This document shows, in pieces, positions 8,969 to 17,912 of a stretch of 64,000 nt of DNA. The translations under genes were made by a program, and so were the position numbers. Under the pieces are notes generated by a model. That model searched no databases and was not told the origin of the DNA. It saw nothing but the letters and a program-made list of their open reading frames with translations. This DNA is from Thermoplasmata archaeon (GTDB taxonomy: Archaea; Thermoplasmatota; Thermoplasmata; Lutacidiplasmatales; UBA184), in contig JAGWLG010000001.1 of the NCBI GenBank assembly GCA_028864975.1, forward strand, positions 154,980-218,979. Direction: 5' to 3'. How positions within the stretch are numbered: the first letter of the stretch is position 1; each line of letters begins with the position of its first letter.

Positions 8969-10231
8969 TCACGCGGGAGGAGGGGAGCGCGACGGAAAGT
9001 AGAGACCGCCCTCGACCGTGTGGGCCGCTTCCTCCGCTTTCCGCCTCGCCTCGGCGACGGTGGGTGCCTGGGCGAGCGCGATCCCCATCCTCCGCTCAGG
9101 GTAAGCGGAAGGTTTACCGAACAGGTGGACCCGGACCCCGGGGACCCGGTTGGCCTCCCACAGTCCTCCGAACCGCGGACCCCATCCCTCCTCAGGGGCC
9201 AGAATGACATGGGCAGCGCCGGGGCTCACGAGCTCGATGGAGGGGATGGGGAACCCCAGGATGGCCCGCGCATGGAGCGCGAACTCGCTCTGCCATTGTG
9301 TCGCGAGTGTGACCAGGCCGGTGTCGTGCGGACGCGGGGAGATCTCGGAGAAGAAGACGTCGTTCCCCCGGATGAACTGCTCGCAGCCGAAGATCCCGAT
9401 CCCTCCAAGCTGGTCCGTCACCGCTTTGGCGATGTCCTGCGCCCTGGAGATCACCCTGGGAGCGAGCTCGGCCGGTTGCCAGCTTTCGTGGTAGTGGGTG
9501 CCGGGGCGCACATGGGCGATCGGAGGGCAGAAGCTCGTGGTGACCCGGCCATCGTTGCCGTAATGTCGTAGGGTGAGCAGGGTGATCTCGAGATCGAACT
9601 TCAGGAACTCCTCGACCATGACGCGGGGGTTCACGACCCGTCCCTCCTCCCGCCCTCGACGATAGGCCTCGCCGACCTCCTCGGACCTATGGACGACGGT
9701 ACTGCCCAGCCCCGAGCTCGACATCATCGCCTTGAACACGGCGGGCAGGCCCAGCTCTTTCACTGCGCGATGCGCCTCCTCCGCGGAGTCCACGAACGCG
9801 TAACGGCTCGTCGGCACGCTCGCCTTCTCCGCCGCCAGTCGTCGGATCCTCTCTCGGTCCATCGTCGCGAACGTCGCTTCCGCCCGTGGAACGACCGTCC
9901 ATCCCTCCCGCTCGAGCTCGAGGAGCTCGGAGGTGTTGATCTGCTCGATCTCGGGAACGATGACATCGGGGGCTTCACGCTCGATGAGCGCTCTCAGAGC
10001 CTTCCCATCGGTCATCGAGACGACATGGTGGCGGTGCGCGACCTGCATGGCGGGCGCGTTGGCGTAACGGTCCACCGCGACCACTTCGGCGCCCATCCGC
10101 ATCGCCTCCAGGGCGACCTCGCGTCCGATCTCGCCACTCCCAAGGAGCAGGAGCCGGGTGGCCCCCGGGAAGAGCGGAGTGCCGAGCTCCTTTCGGGGCT
10201 GGATCCCGCGCCCACGAGCAGGGGTTGGCAC
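8969..10231 (-). CDS. purT: formate-dependent phosphoribosylglycinamide formyltransferase (start approximate)
   Basis: LLLGSGEIGRE, VDRYANAPAMQVAH, MSSSGLGS, SPRPHDTG. Confidence 0.93.
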   Translation of the reverse strand: MPTPARGRGIQPRKELGTPLFPGATRLLLLGSGEIGREVALEAMRMGAEVVAVDRYANAPAMQVAHRHHVVSMTDGKALRALIEREAPDVIVPEIEQINTSELLELEREGWTVVPRAEATFATMDRERIRRLAAEKASVPTSRYAFVDSAEEAHRAVKELGLPAVFKAMMSSSGLGSTVVHRSEEVGEAYRRGREEGRVVNPRVMVEEFLKFDLEITLLTLRHYGNDGRVTTSFCPPIAHVRPGTHYHESWQPAELAPRVISRAQDIAKAVTDQLGGIGIFGCEQFIRGNDVFFSEISPRPHDTGLVTLATQWQSEFALHARAILGFPIPSIELVSPGAAHVILAPEEGWGPRFGGLWEANRVPGVRVHLFGKPSAYPERRMGIALAQAPTVAEARRKAEEAAHTVEGGLYFPSRSPPPA

Positions 10232-10303
10232 GGCCCAACGGGTACGGTGGGAGTTGATGAGTGTTCGCACCGAGTGGCCCAAGTCCAGCAGACCGACCCG
10301 GCG

Positions 10304-11425
10304 CTACGCGCGACCCATCGCTTCCTTGTACGCGTCCAGGTAGCGGTCCACCACGACCTCCCAGTCCCAGCGCTTGGCGGTACGGCGGGCGGAATCGCTC
10401 ATCTGTCCCCGAAGTCCCGGGCGGTCCAGGATCTCCCGGACCGAAGAGGTGAACTCCTCGACCGAACGCGCGACGCGGCCCCCTCCGTCCTCGGCGAGGT
10501 ACCTCGCGGCACCTGCCTCGAAGGCGACGAAGGGCAATCCCGACGCGGTCGCCTCCAGAAGGGAGATCCCGAACCCTTCGTACTGCGAACCTTGCACGTA
10601 AAGGTCCACCTCCCGAAGGGCTGCCCGCACCTCGTTGTGCTCCAAGTACCCCAGGAATCGGACCTCAAGGCCGCGCTGCTTGGCGAGCGCCTCGACGTGG
10701 GTACGGTCGTACCGAGTCCCGGGGAGGTCCTTGCCCACGACGCCCAGCGCAACGTGGTCCCGCAGCGGAGCGAGCGCCTCCACGAGCCGGTCGACGCGCT
10801 TGTTCTCCCAGAGGCCACCAACGTAGAGGGCGATCCGGGGGCGCGTGAAGCCGAACTTCTCCCGAAGTCCGAGCGGAGGGACGGGGGCGGTCAGGTCCTT
10901 GAGGTCGATGCCCTCTCCCACCAGACGGACCCGAGACCCGGGATAGCCGAAGCCGATGACCTGCTCCCGTTCGTGCTCGGTCAGCGCAAGATAAAGGTCG
11001 AAGGCCCGCAGCGCTTGAGGAAGGTATCGGCCGAAGTACCACCGGTTCCGAGGCGACGGATCCATCTCCCATTGGTAGAAACCGTGGGGCGTGATCACCT
11101 GAGGGCCGTCAAAAACCTGGGCGACGGGGAAGTAGAAGTCCGCGCACCAGATCCGATTGCCGCTCATGTGCAAGAGGTCAAAGTCCATCGCACGCAGGGT
11201 GCGCCAGTACGCTCGGGGGACCCGGAACTGGCCCCACTGTCGCATCGGAAGTCGGCGCACCGCGATTCCGTCGACCTCCTCTTCCGCCGGGGCCTGGGGC
11301 TCGTTCTGCGTGAGCACGGAGACGCGGTGACCGCGTCCCTGGAGCGCCCGGGCCAGGGCCAAGGTCCAACGCTCGGTCCCACCATCCGCCGGCCAGAAGC
11401 GGTGGTTGACGAGCAGGACCTTCAC
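10304..11425 (-). CDS. glycosyltransferase family 4
   Basis: KVLLVNHRFWPADGGTE, EGFGISLLEA. Confidence 0.9.
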   Translation of the reverse strand: MKVLLVNHRFWPADGGTERWTLALARALQGRGHRVSVLTQNEPQAPAEEEVDGIAVRRLPMRQWGQFRVPRAYWRTLRAMDFDLLHMSGNRIWCADFYFPVAQVFDGPQVITPHGFYQWEMDPSPRNRWYFGRYLPQALRAFDLYLALTEHEREQVIGFGYPGSRVRLVGEGIDLKDLTAPVPPLGLREKFGFTRPRIALYVGGLWENKRVDRLVEALAPLRDHVALGVVGKDLPGTRYDRTHVEALAKQRGLEVRFLGYLEHNEVRAALREVDLYVQGSQYEGFGISLLEATASGLPFVAFEAGAARYLAEDGGGRVARSVEEFTSSVREILDRPGLRGQMSDSARRTAKRWDWEVVVDRYLDAYKEAMGRA

Positions 11426-11483
11426 GCGGGGGTGAGGGAGGACGGTAGTACAAAACGCCACGTTCGCAGCGGCCCTAGCGCGG

Positions 11484-12158
11484 TTGAACGTGGTCTCGGC
11501 GGAACGCTCCGAAGGCGAAGGGGAATATGCCGAAGGGGCTCGGACCGTTGTGGTACCGATCGCCCCGCCCCTCGGCGGGACGGGCTCTCCCGTCTCGCTA
11601 CTGACCGGGTCCCTCGTCCTGGTCTGGGTCCTTTCCGAGGTCGCGATCCGGGTCTACGCGGTCGCACGGGGGGCTCCCGCGCGCGTCCCTCGCGGCCCCG
11701 ACCGTGGGTCTTGGGTCGTCCTCGTGATCGGGATCGCAGGGATCATCGTCCTCAGCACGGTCGACCGGGCGAACCCCCTGCTCGGCCTCCCGCCGTTGGG
11801 GGTGCTCTACCTCGGAGACGCGCTCATGGGTCTGGGCATCGCGGTCCGTGTCTGGGCCATCACGGTGCTCGGCCGGTTCTTCACGACCCGCGTCATGATC
11901 CAGAAGGGGCATCAGCTCATCACGAAGGGTCCCTACCGCTGGGTTCGCCACCCTTCCTATACGGGGGCCTTGACCACCCTGATCGGGCTCTCTCTGGCAT
12001 ACGGCAGTCTCCTGGGCACCCTCCTCGCGCTCACGGTAGGGGCCACCTGCTTCGGCTACCGCATTCATGTCGAGGAGAAGGCTCTGGCCGAGGGGTTCGG
12101 GAAGGAGTACGAGGAGTACCGACGGCACACTCGCCGCTTGATCCCCGGGGTCTATTGA
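11484..12158 (+). CDS. isoprenylcysteine carboxyl methyltransferase (ICMT/Ste14) family membrane protein
   Basis: HQLITKGPYRWVRHPSYTG, RIHVEEKAL...FGKEYEEY. Confidence 0.88.
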   Translation: MNVVSAERSEGEGEYAEGARTVVVPIAPPLGGTGSPVSLLTGSLVLVWVLSEVAIRVYAVARGAPARVPRGPDRGSWVVLVIGIAGIIVLSTVDRANPLLGLPPLGVLYLGDALMGLGIAVRVWAITVLGRFFTTRVMIQKGHQLITKGPYRWVRHPSYTGALTTLIGLSLAYGSLLGTLLALTVGATCFGYRIHVEEKALAEGFGKEYEEYRRHTRRLIPGVY

Positions 12159-13219
12159 ACCGGGGCCTTCCAAGGGAACCTGAGCACCGCCCCCATGCCG
12201 CCAAGACCTGCAAGCCGCCGGCCGGCTTCGCCATCGGCCCGGACTAGGAGCAGTGCCGTCTTGGCCTCTCGGGCAGCGCTCAAGAGCCCCGTCGTCGCGG
12301 GGTCCCGGAGCTTCGAGTCCAGAACGAGCAACGTCTCCACAGCAGCCGCTTCGACCGCGCCCCGAAGCTCTTGCGGACCCAAGGCCGCACCGCCATCCTT
12401 CCCGAGTGCCCGGACGAGTCGTTCCACTTCGGCCGCCTCCTTCGCGGCCATGCTGGTGGAGAGCGCCTCCTCCGCCTTGCCGGAGCGCAGTAGCTCGTTG
12501 ACGCCGGCGAGCCCGGATTCCGCGGTCGGGACGACGGACACCTTCGGATGTTTGGACACCGGCAGGGAGGCGATGCGGCGAGAGAGCTCTTCCTTGAGGA
12601 ACCCGGGCCCCGCGACGACGACGGCTTGGGAACGCTCCAGCTCGGGTTGGACCACGTGGAGGATCTCCTCCACGAAGGCTTCCCGGTCCTTCTCGCGCGA
12701 GGAGGAGCGAACGCGGTCGTACTTGCCCGATCCCGAGCGGGTCCTCTCGTCCACCACTCCGAAGGACCGGCCACGAAGTCGGACCACAGCGCTCTCCCCC
12801 CAATCGGCGCAGACCAGCAGGACCTGCGGCTCGTCGACGGCCCGTTTGCCCTCGTCGAGGAGCGCCCGGTCCGAGGAGGTGAGCTCCGACTTCGTGAGCG
12901 CGACCTCGCCCCCCTCCTCGAGGTCCAGGGTGTGGTAACGGCCCTGGTCGAAGGGCCCCTCCACAATGGGCCCCGTCACGCGCACGTGCCCGGTGAACTC
13001 GTGGAACTCGACGCTCTCCGCCCGAACCGTAAGGAAGACCGTCCGTCGGTCTCGCTGCCCTGCGGGCGTGTCGGAGGGCGCCTCAGGGTCGCGTCGGGAG
13101 GTGACCGACCCCACCTGGTCCCCGGGTAGGATGAGGCGCGAGATTCGCCAGAGGTCGCTCGGCGTCTCCAGGCGGAGCTTGATGAGCCCGGTCCTCGGGT
13201 CCTGGAAGTAGATCCTCAT
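12152..13219 (-). CDS. pelA: mRNA surveillance protein pelota (Dom34)
   Basis: ETPSDLWRISRLILPGD, GRYHTLDLEEG, VAGPGFLKEEL, GGMGAVLRF. Confidence 0.9.
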   Translation of the reverse strand: MRIYFQDPRTGLIKLRLETPSDLWRISRLILPGDQVGSVTSRRDPEAPSDTPAGQRDRRTVFLTVRAESVEFHEFTGHVRVTGPIVEGPFDQGRYHTLDLEEGGEVALTKSELTSSDRALLDEGKRAVDEPQVLLVCADWGESAVVRLRGRSFGVVDERTRSGSGKYDRVRSSSREKDREAFVEEILHVVQPELERSQAVVVAGPGFLKEELSRRIASLPVSKHPKVSVVPTAESGLAGVNELLRSGKAEEALSTSMAAKEAAEVERLVRALGKDGGAALGPQELRGAVEAAAVETLLVLDSKLRDPATTGLLSAAREAKTALLLVRADGEAGRRLAGLGGMGAVLRFPWKAPVQ

Positions 13220-13947
13220 CGCCCTCCCTTGGAGCGCGGAGGTGGGGTCCTTCGCGGCGACCGGTGGTCGAGCTCCTCGTCCGAGGCGGGGAGCCATCGC
13301 TCCACCTGCTCGGCCAGACTGAGCCCAGGCGTCCGCCCCTCCTCTCCCCTCGCCCCCGTTCGGTCCGGGAAGAGCCAGACCGGGGGGAGCCGGGTCAGGA
13401 CCCAGTTGGCCAGCGGGTCGCGCCCTTCCGCCCGCTGAAGGTGACCCTGGAACCAGGAGGTGCAACGCGCGTAGACGTCCTTCCAGGCGAGACCTCCGGT
13501 CCCCGGGACCTTCTCCTCCTGCCGGTCCGGGGCGACGAGGAGCACGATCGGCACCGAGAAGAGCCGCTCGACCTCCCCGACCCCCCCACCGGTTCCCCTC
13601 CCTGCGCCCCCGCCTGGTTTCTCCTTTTCCGCCCCCCTCTCCCCCCAGACCTCGGCGACCAGCCCTGCTGCGAGGGGTGCGCACCGCGAGCCCATCCCCT
13701 TCCGCCCCGCCGAGAGCAGGGCCCAGAGCGCAAGGCCACGACAGGTGAACGCGACGGCCGAAGCGGGGATGGGGGCGGGCAGGGAGACCCCCGCGAGCGC
13801 AGCGCCGGACGCCCAGGATCCGGACCCGGGCCCCTTCAGAAGTCGAAGCAGCGAGCGTTCCTCGCCGGGTGAGAGCGGCGTACCATCGAGGTGCTGGACC
13901 GCGAGACCGACATCGCCCTCGGTGCGGACCGCCCGTCGCTTCGGCAT
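13216..13947 (-). CDS. hypothetical protein
   Basis: Stop overlaps the pelota ATG (ATGA), which suggests coupling; no recognised domain. Confidence 0.5.
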   Translation of the reverse strand: MPKRRAVRTEGDVGLAVQHLDGTPLSPGEERSLLRLLKGPGSGSWASGAALAGVSLPAPIPASAVAFTCRGLALWALLSAGRKGMGSRCAPLAAGLVAEVWGERGAEKEKPGGGAGRGTGGGVGEVERLFSVPIVLLVAPDRQEEKVPGTGGLAWKDVYARCTSWFQGHLQRAEGRDPLANWVLTRLPPVWLFPDRTGARGEEGRTPGLSLAEQVERWLPASDEELDHRSPRRTPPPRSKGGR

Positions 13948-14020
13948 GGCCCCTACCGGGGGTAGGGTCAGGGGCTTTGGGTCTTTGCGGTGCGGCGGCC
14001 GGGTAGGTCGACGGAAGCGC

Positions 14021-14048
14021 TATATCGATATCGACATATCCATCGATG
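14021..14048. promoter_or_regulatory. AT-rich promoter with clustered ATCGAT palindromes (candidate PadR operator)
   Basis: TATATCGATATCGACATATCCATCGATG; palindromes TCGATATCGA 14025-14034 and CATCGATG 14041-14048 immediately upstream of the PadR gene. Confidence 0.5.
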
Positions 14049-14648
14049 CAGGTGCCCATGCGCCCCCTCGAGAGCCCTAGTCGTCTCCCTGAGCGGATGC
14101 GACGCGGCCTCCTCGGGATGTACGCCCTCGCGGTGATGGACCGTGAGGGACCTGTCCACGGCTACCTCATCTCGGAGCGCGTCGCAGAGAGGACCGACGG
14201 GTCTTGGCGACCGGGCCCCGGCGCGGTGTACCCCGCGCTGCGGAAGCTCGCCGAGCGCGGGTTCGCGCGTCCCGCCGCGCGCTCCCTCGGACGCCGGAGG
14301 GAGTTCGAGATCACCCCGCAGGGACGAGCGATGCTCGAACGACTCCGTGCCCAGTCCCCCTGGGTCCAGCGCAAGGGCTGGGACCTGGTCCCACTTTGGG
14401 CCGAGGTGTCGGGCATCCACCGTACCGAGGACTTCCTCCTGCTCCGCCTGCGCCGAGCGCTGGACGGGATCGACACCTTCCTCGCGCGGTCGCCGGACCG
14501 GACGGCCGCCCGGGCGGAGCTCATCTCGGAGGTCGAGCGGGAGCTCGGGGGGTACCTGCGGAGGATGCGCCACACGGGAGAACGTACCTCCTCCTCCCCG
14601 CGGTCACGGTCCAAGGCGCGGTTCGCTTACGCGGGAGGGGCGGCTTGA
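14046..14648 (+). CDS. PadR family transcriptional regulator
   Basis: GPVHGYLISERV...WRPGPGAVYPALRKL...FEITPQG. Confidence 0.9.
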   Translation: MQVPMRPLESPSRLPERMRRGLLGMYALAVMDREGPVHGYLISERVAERTDGSWRPGPGAVYPALRKLAERGFARPAARSLGRRREFEITPQGRAMLERLRAQSPWVQRKGWDLVPLWAEVSGIHRTEDFLLLRLRRALDGIDTFLARSPDRTAARAELISEVERELGGYLRRMRHTGERTSSSPRSRSKARFAYAGGAA

Positions 14649-15724
14649 CCGTTGACCCCGATGGCTCCGCCATCGTGACCGAGGGCCTGACGAAGGTCTA
14701 CGGCGGCCATGCCCCACCCGCGGTTGGAAAGAGGGGCGGGAGCCCCGGCCCGATCCGACACGGCCTATTCTCCCGCGAGCGACGACCAGGGATGGCCGCT
14801 GTGGATCACGTGGACCTCTGCGTGCCCAAAGGAAGCGTCTTCGGGCTCATGGGCCCGAACGGCGCCGGGAAGACGACGATGATCAAGCTCCTGACGGGGC
14901 TCTCCGACATCACCGAGGGCCGCGCCTGGGTCGACGGGTTCGACGTGGAGCGGAACCCCATGCAGGTCAAGCAGCGCGTGGGATGGGTCGCCGCCGAGGT
15001 GATCCTGGACGACGACCTCTCCGCCTGGGAGAACCTCTGGCTCCAGGCGAAGCTCCAGGCGCTCTCCGACTGGCAGACGCGCGCGGAGGAGCTCCTCGCC
15101 TACTTCGACCTCGCCGACCGGCGCAAGGACCGAGTCAGCACCTACTCCACCGGCATGCGCAAGAAGATGGAGATCGCCCTCGCGCTGCTCCACCAGCCTT
15201 CGGTCATCTTCATGGACGAGCCCACTATCGGGCTCGACCCGAACGTCCGTTTGATGCTCTGGAAGCTCATCACGGGGGTCAACCGGGAGTTCGGCGTCAC
15301 GGTCCTCCTGACCACCCACTACATCGAGGAGGCGGACAGCCTCTGCGACCGGGTCGCGATCATCGACCGCGGCAAGTTCGTCGCGACGGGGACCCCCTCC
15401 GAGCTCAAGGCCCGGGTCAAGGCGGACTTCATCGAGCTCGAGACCCGCGGGCCTATCGATGAGCCCAAGCTCCGGGCGCTCCCGGGGGTCCTGGAGGTCC
15501 GCACCCAGGGAAAGACCTGGATCCTGAAGGTCCCCTCCGCGGAGGAGGTGCTCCCCCACCTGTTCGCGGCTCTGAAGGACGACGGGATCTCCCGGATCAA
15601 TGTGGAGAAGCCCAGCCTGGAGAGCGTCTTCATCGACATCACGGGAAAGAGGATGGACCAGACGGGGGGCGACGTCCAGGACTTCCGCAAGTTCTACATG
15701 CAGGTGCGGAGGGCACGCCAATGA
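14645..15724 (+). CDS. ABC transporter ATP-binding protein (DrrA-like exporter)
   Basis: GPNGAGKTT, YSTGMRKK, IFMDEPT, C-terminal KPSLESVFI; TTG start overlaps the PadR stop. Confidence 0.93.
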   Translation: MTVDPDGSAIVTEGLTKVYGGHAPPAVGKRGGSPGPIRHGLFSRERRPGMAAVDHVDLCVPKGSVFGLMGPNGAGKTTMIKLLTGLSDITEGRAWVDGFDVERNPMQVKQRVGWVAAEVILDDDLSAWENLWLQAKLQALSDWQTRAEELLAYFDLADRRKDRVSTYSTGMRKKMEIALALLHQPSVIFMDEPTIGLDPNVRLMLWKLITGVNREFGVTVLLTTHYIEEADSLCDRVAIIDRGKFVATGTPSELKARVKADFIELETRGPIDEPKLRALPGVLEVRTQGKTWILKVPSAEEVLPHLFAALKDDGISRINVEKPSLESVFIDITGKRMDQTGGDVQDFRKFYMQVRRARQ

Positions 15725-16572
15725 GCACGGTCGAGAAGGTCCTGACCCTCCCCGCGCGGCAGGAGGCGCACCGCGATGGGTACGTGGGGCAGCTCTCCCA
15801 GTTCTGGGGGCTCTACGCGCGAGAGCTCATCAAGACCTTCCGCAACCCCTTCGTGATCATCATCACCTTCGCCCAGCCGTTCATGTGGCTGGCCTTCTTC
15901 GGGAGCAGCTTCGCGAACGTTCCCGGGGGGGCCGCGACCCTCGACAAGCTCCTCCATGCGCCCCCGGGGACCGGCTACCTCCAGTTCCTCCTCCCGGGGG
16001 TCCTCGCGACCTCGATGCTCTCGATCGGGATGTTCGGGTCGATGAGCACCATCCAGGACAAGCGCTTTGGTTTCATGAAGCGGGTCCTGATCACACCGAC
16101 CAGCAAAGCCACGGTCTACCTGACGAAGGCGCTCGGCTCGGCGACACGGGGGATGGTGCAGATCCCCGTGATGATCGTCGCTGCATGGGCCTTCGGGATC
16201 CCCTTCGTCGGCACCCCGCTCGCATGGGCCGGCTGGGTCCTGGGTCTCGTCTTCCTTGGAGTGGGCTTTTCCGCCTTCTTCCTCGCCGTGACGGCCTCCA
16301 GCACCGACTGGCAGACCCCAGGGGTCATCTCGAACTTCATCACGATGCCCCTTATGTTCGCGAGCGGCGCCCTCTTTCCGGCCCAGAACTATCCCAGTTG
16401 GATGCAGACCATCGCCAATTACAACCCCGTGGGCTACGCAGCCCTACTCGGCCGTGAGGTCGTGGTCTACGGCTCCTTTGACTGGATCTACCTGGGCTAC
16501 CTCGCCCTCTTCGCCGTGGTGATGCTCGTCGTGGGGACGGCGGTGGCCTCGCGCTACCTCAAGGTGGAATGA
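15721..16572 (+). CDS. ABC-2 type transporter permease
   Basis: Six hydrophobic segments, FLLPGVLA, MPLMFASGALFP, NPVGY. Confidence 0.9.
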   Translation: MSTVEKVLTLPARQEAHRDGYVGQLSQFWGLYARELIKTFRNPFVIIITFAQPFMWLAFFGSSFANVPGGAATLDKLLHAPPGTGYLQFLLPGVLATSMLSIGMFGSMSTIQDKRFGFMKRVLITPTSKATVYLTKALGSATRGMVQIPVMIVAAWAFGIPFVGTPLAWAGWVLGLVFLGVGFSAFFLAVTASSTDWQTPGVISNFITMPLMFASGALFPAQNYPSWMQTIANYNPVGYAALLGREVVVYGSFDWIYLGYLALFAVVMLVVGTAVASRYLKVE

Positions 16573-16645
16573 ACCCCGGGGCCCCTCCCCCAGAGTTTGG
16601 GACGGGGGGTCTTCCCCCCTTCGCCTGCTCCCGGTTTGCGGGTCG

Positions 16646-17086
16646 CTACTCGAGCCGAGCCATCACCGAGATCGCGACATTCCCGGCGAGGGCCTTCGAG
16701 ATGGGGCAGCCGGACTCTCCGGTGGTGCGGGCGAGCTCCTCGAACTTCTTCGGGTCCGCCCCGGGCACTCTTGCGACCACGTCGAGCTCGATCCGCGTCA
16801 CCTTGAACCCATCACCGACCTTCTCGAAGGTCGCCGAGGCCGAGGTGCGGACCTCCTTCGCGGGAGTGCCGCCCTTAGCGAGCCCGTGGGAGAGCGCCAT
16901 CGCGAAACAGGCGGCATGGGCGGCCGCGAGCAGCTCCTCGGGGCTCGTCATCCCGCCGGGTTCCTCGGACCGGGCCTTCCAGGTGATCGGGGATTCGGCC
17001 AGAGCGGAGGACTCCGTCCGCACGGTCCCCTTCCCACCGACCAAGTCGCCTCGCCATGTCGCCCGAGCTTTCCGCGTTACCGGCAT
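16646..17086 (-). CDS. osmC: OsmC family peroxiredoxin
   Basis: SPEELLAAAHAACFAMAL, second Cys in CPISKAL. Confidence 0.93.
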   Translation of the reverse strand: MPVTRKARATWRGDLVGGKGTVRTESSALAESPITWKARSEEPGGMTSPEELLAAAHAACFAMALSHGLAKGGTPAKEVRTSASATFEKVGDGFKVTRIELDVVARVPGADPKKFEELARTTGESGCPISKALAGNVAISVMARLE

Positions 17087-17132
17087 GTCGGTGCCCAGGC
17101 TGGGGCAGTAATCAACCTTCCGAAAAACCCCT

Positions 17133-17158
17133 ACCGGTCAGGTGAACTCGGTTTCACT
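17133..17158 (+). promoter_or_regulatory. 26-bp operator-like motif, copy 1 (ACCGGTCAGGTGAACTCGGTTTCACT)
   Basis: 23/26 identical to the reverse complement of 37852-37877; contains GTGAA-N6-TTCAC; TATAT follows 7 nt downstream. Confidence 0.7.
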
Positions 17159-17203
17159 CTCGCCCTATATCCTGTTCCCAGAGTCGGTGGTCCGAGAGGG
17201 ACA

Positions 17204-17848
17204 ATGAGGACGAACGAGAGCGGGACCCTACCCCGTAAGGCTACGTCTGGGAACGTCGGTTGGAGCGCGCTCGGTGCTATCGCGCTGGTGGGGGTGACCC
17301 TGTCGGTGGGCTGGTTCGCCTTTGCCGCGTTCTACGGTGTGGGCGTTGGGAATCCCGCCTCCCAGGGTGTGCCTTCCGGTGGGAACGCTCCGAGTGGACC
17401 GGTGCACATGTACCTCGCGGTCGTGACGACGCCTGGCGGGATGGACCAGTACCTCCCGGCCAACTTCTCGCTCCCCGTGAACACGGAGATTGACTTCACG
17501 ATCCAGAACTACGACAACGGCATCAACAACCTGAGCGCGTCGATCTCCACGGTCTCGGGAACCTCCGACGGCACGGAGCACGTCTCGGGTGGAGCTCTCG
17601 GCGCCCCTACGGGGGTCGTGAGCTCCCTGCCCGTGGGTGACACGTCGCACACCTTCAGCATCTTGGGCGGACCCCAGCACCTCAACGTGGTCATGCCCCC
17701 AGCCATGGGACCCAACCAGCCGACCGTGGTCACGTTCAGTGTGACCTTCACGAGCGCGGGGACCTACACTTGGGTCTGCCTCGCTCCTTGCGACCCCAAC
17801 TCGATGCAAGCCCCCGGGTTCATGAGCGGGACGATCACCGTCGGGTAG
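17204..17848 (+). CDS. membrane-anchored cupredoxin-fold protein with C-x3-C motif
   Basis: N-terminal TM, SHTF His, GTYTWVCLAPCDPNSMQAPGFMSGTITV cupredoxin-type C-terminus. Confidence 0.7.
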   Translation: MRTNESGTLPRKATSGNVGWSALGAIALVGVTLSVGWFAFAAFYGVGVGNPASQGVPSGGNAPSGPVHMYLAVVTTPGGMDQYLPANFSLPVNTEIDFTIQNYDNGINNLSASISTVSGTSDGTEHVSGGALGAPTGVVSSLPVGDTSHTFSILGGPQHLNVVMPPAMGPNQPTVVTFSVTFTSAGTYTWVCLAPCDPNSMQAPGFMSGTITVG

Positions 17849-17912
17849 GGTCCGAGCGCCTTAGCGACCCGAGGACCACGGCGTCCGGGCGACCGCGTGG
17901 CGGGCTCGAGCC

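Noticed and set aside
9689-12247. 852-aa plus-strand ORF, and similar long ORFs such as 6591-8798, 1329-2873, 3044-4660 and 32187-33533
   Set aside because: Antisense or off-frame shadows of well-supported genes; Arg/Pro/Gly-rich, no motifs, expected at this GC content
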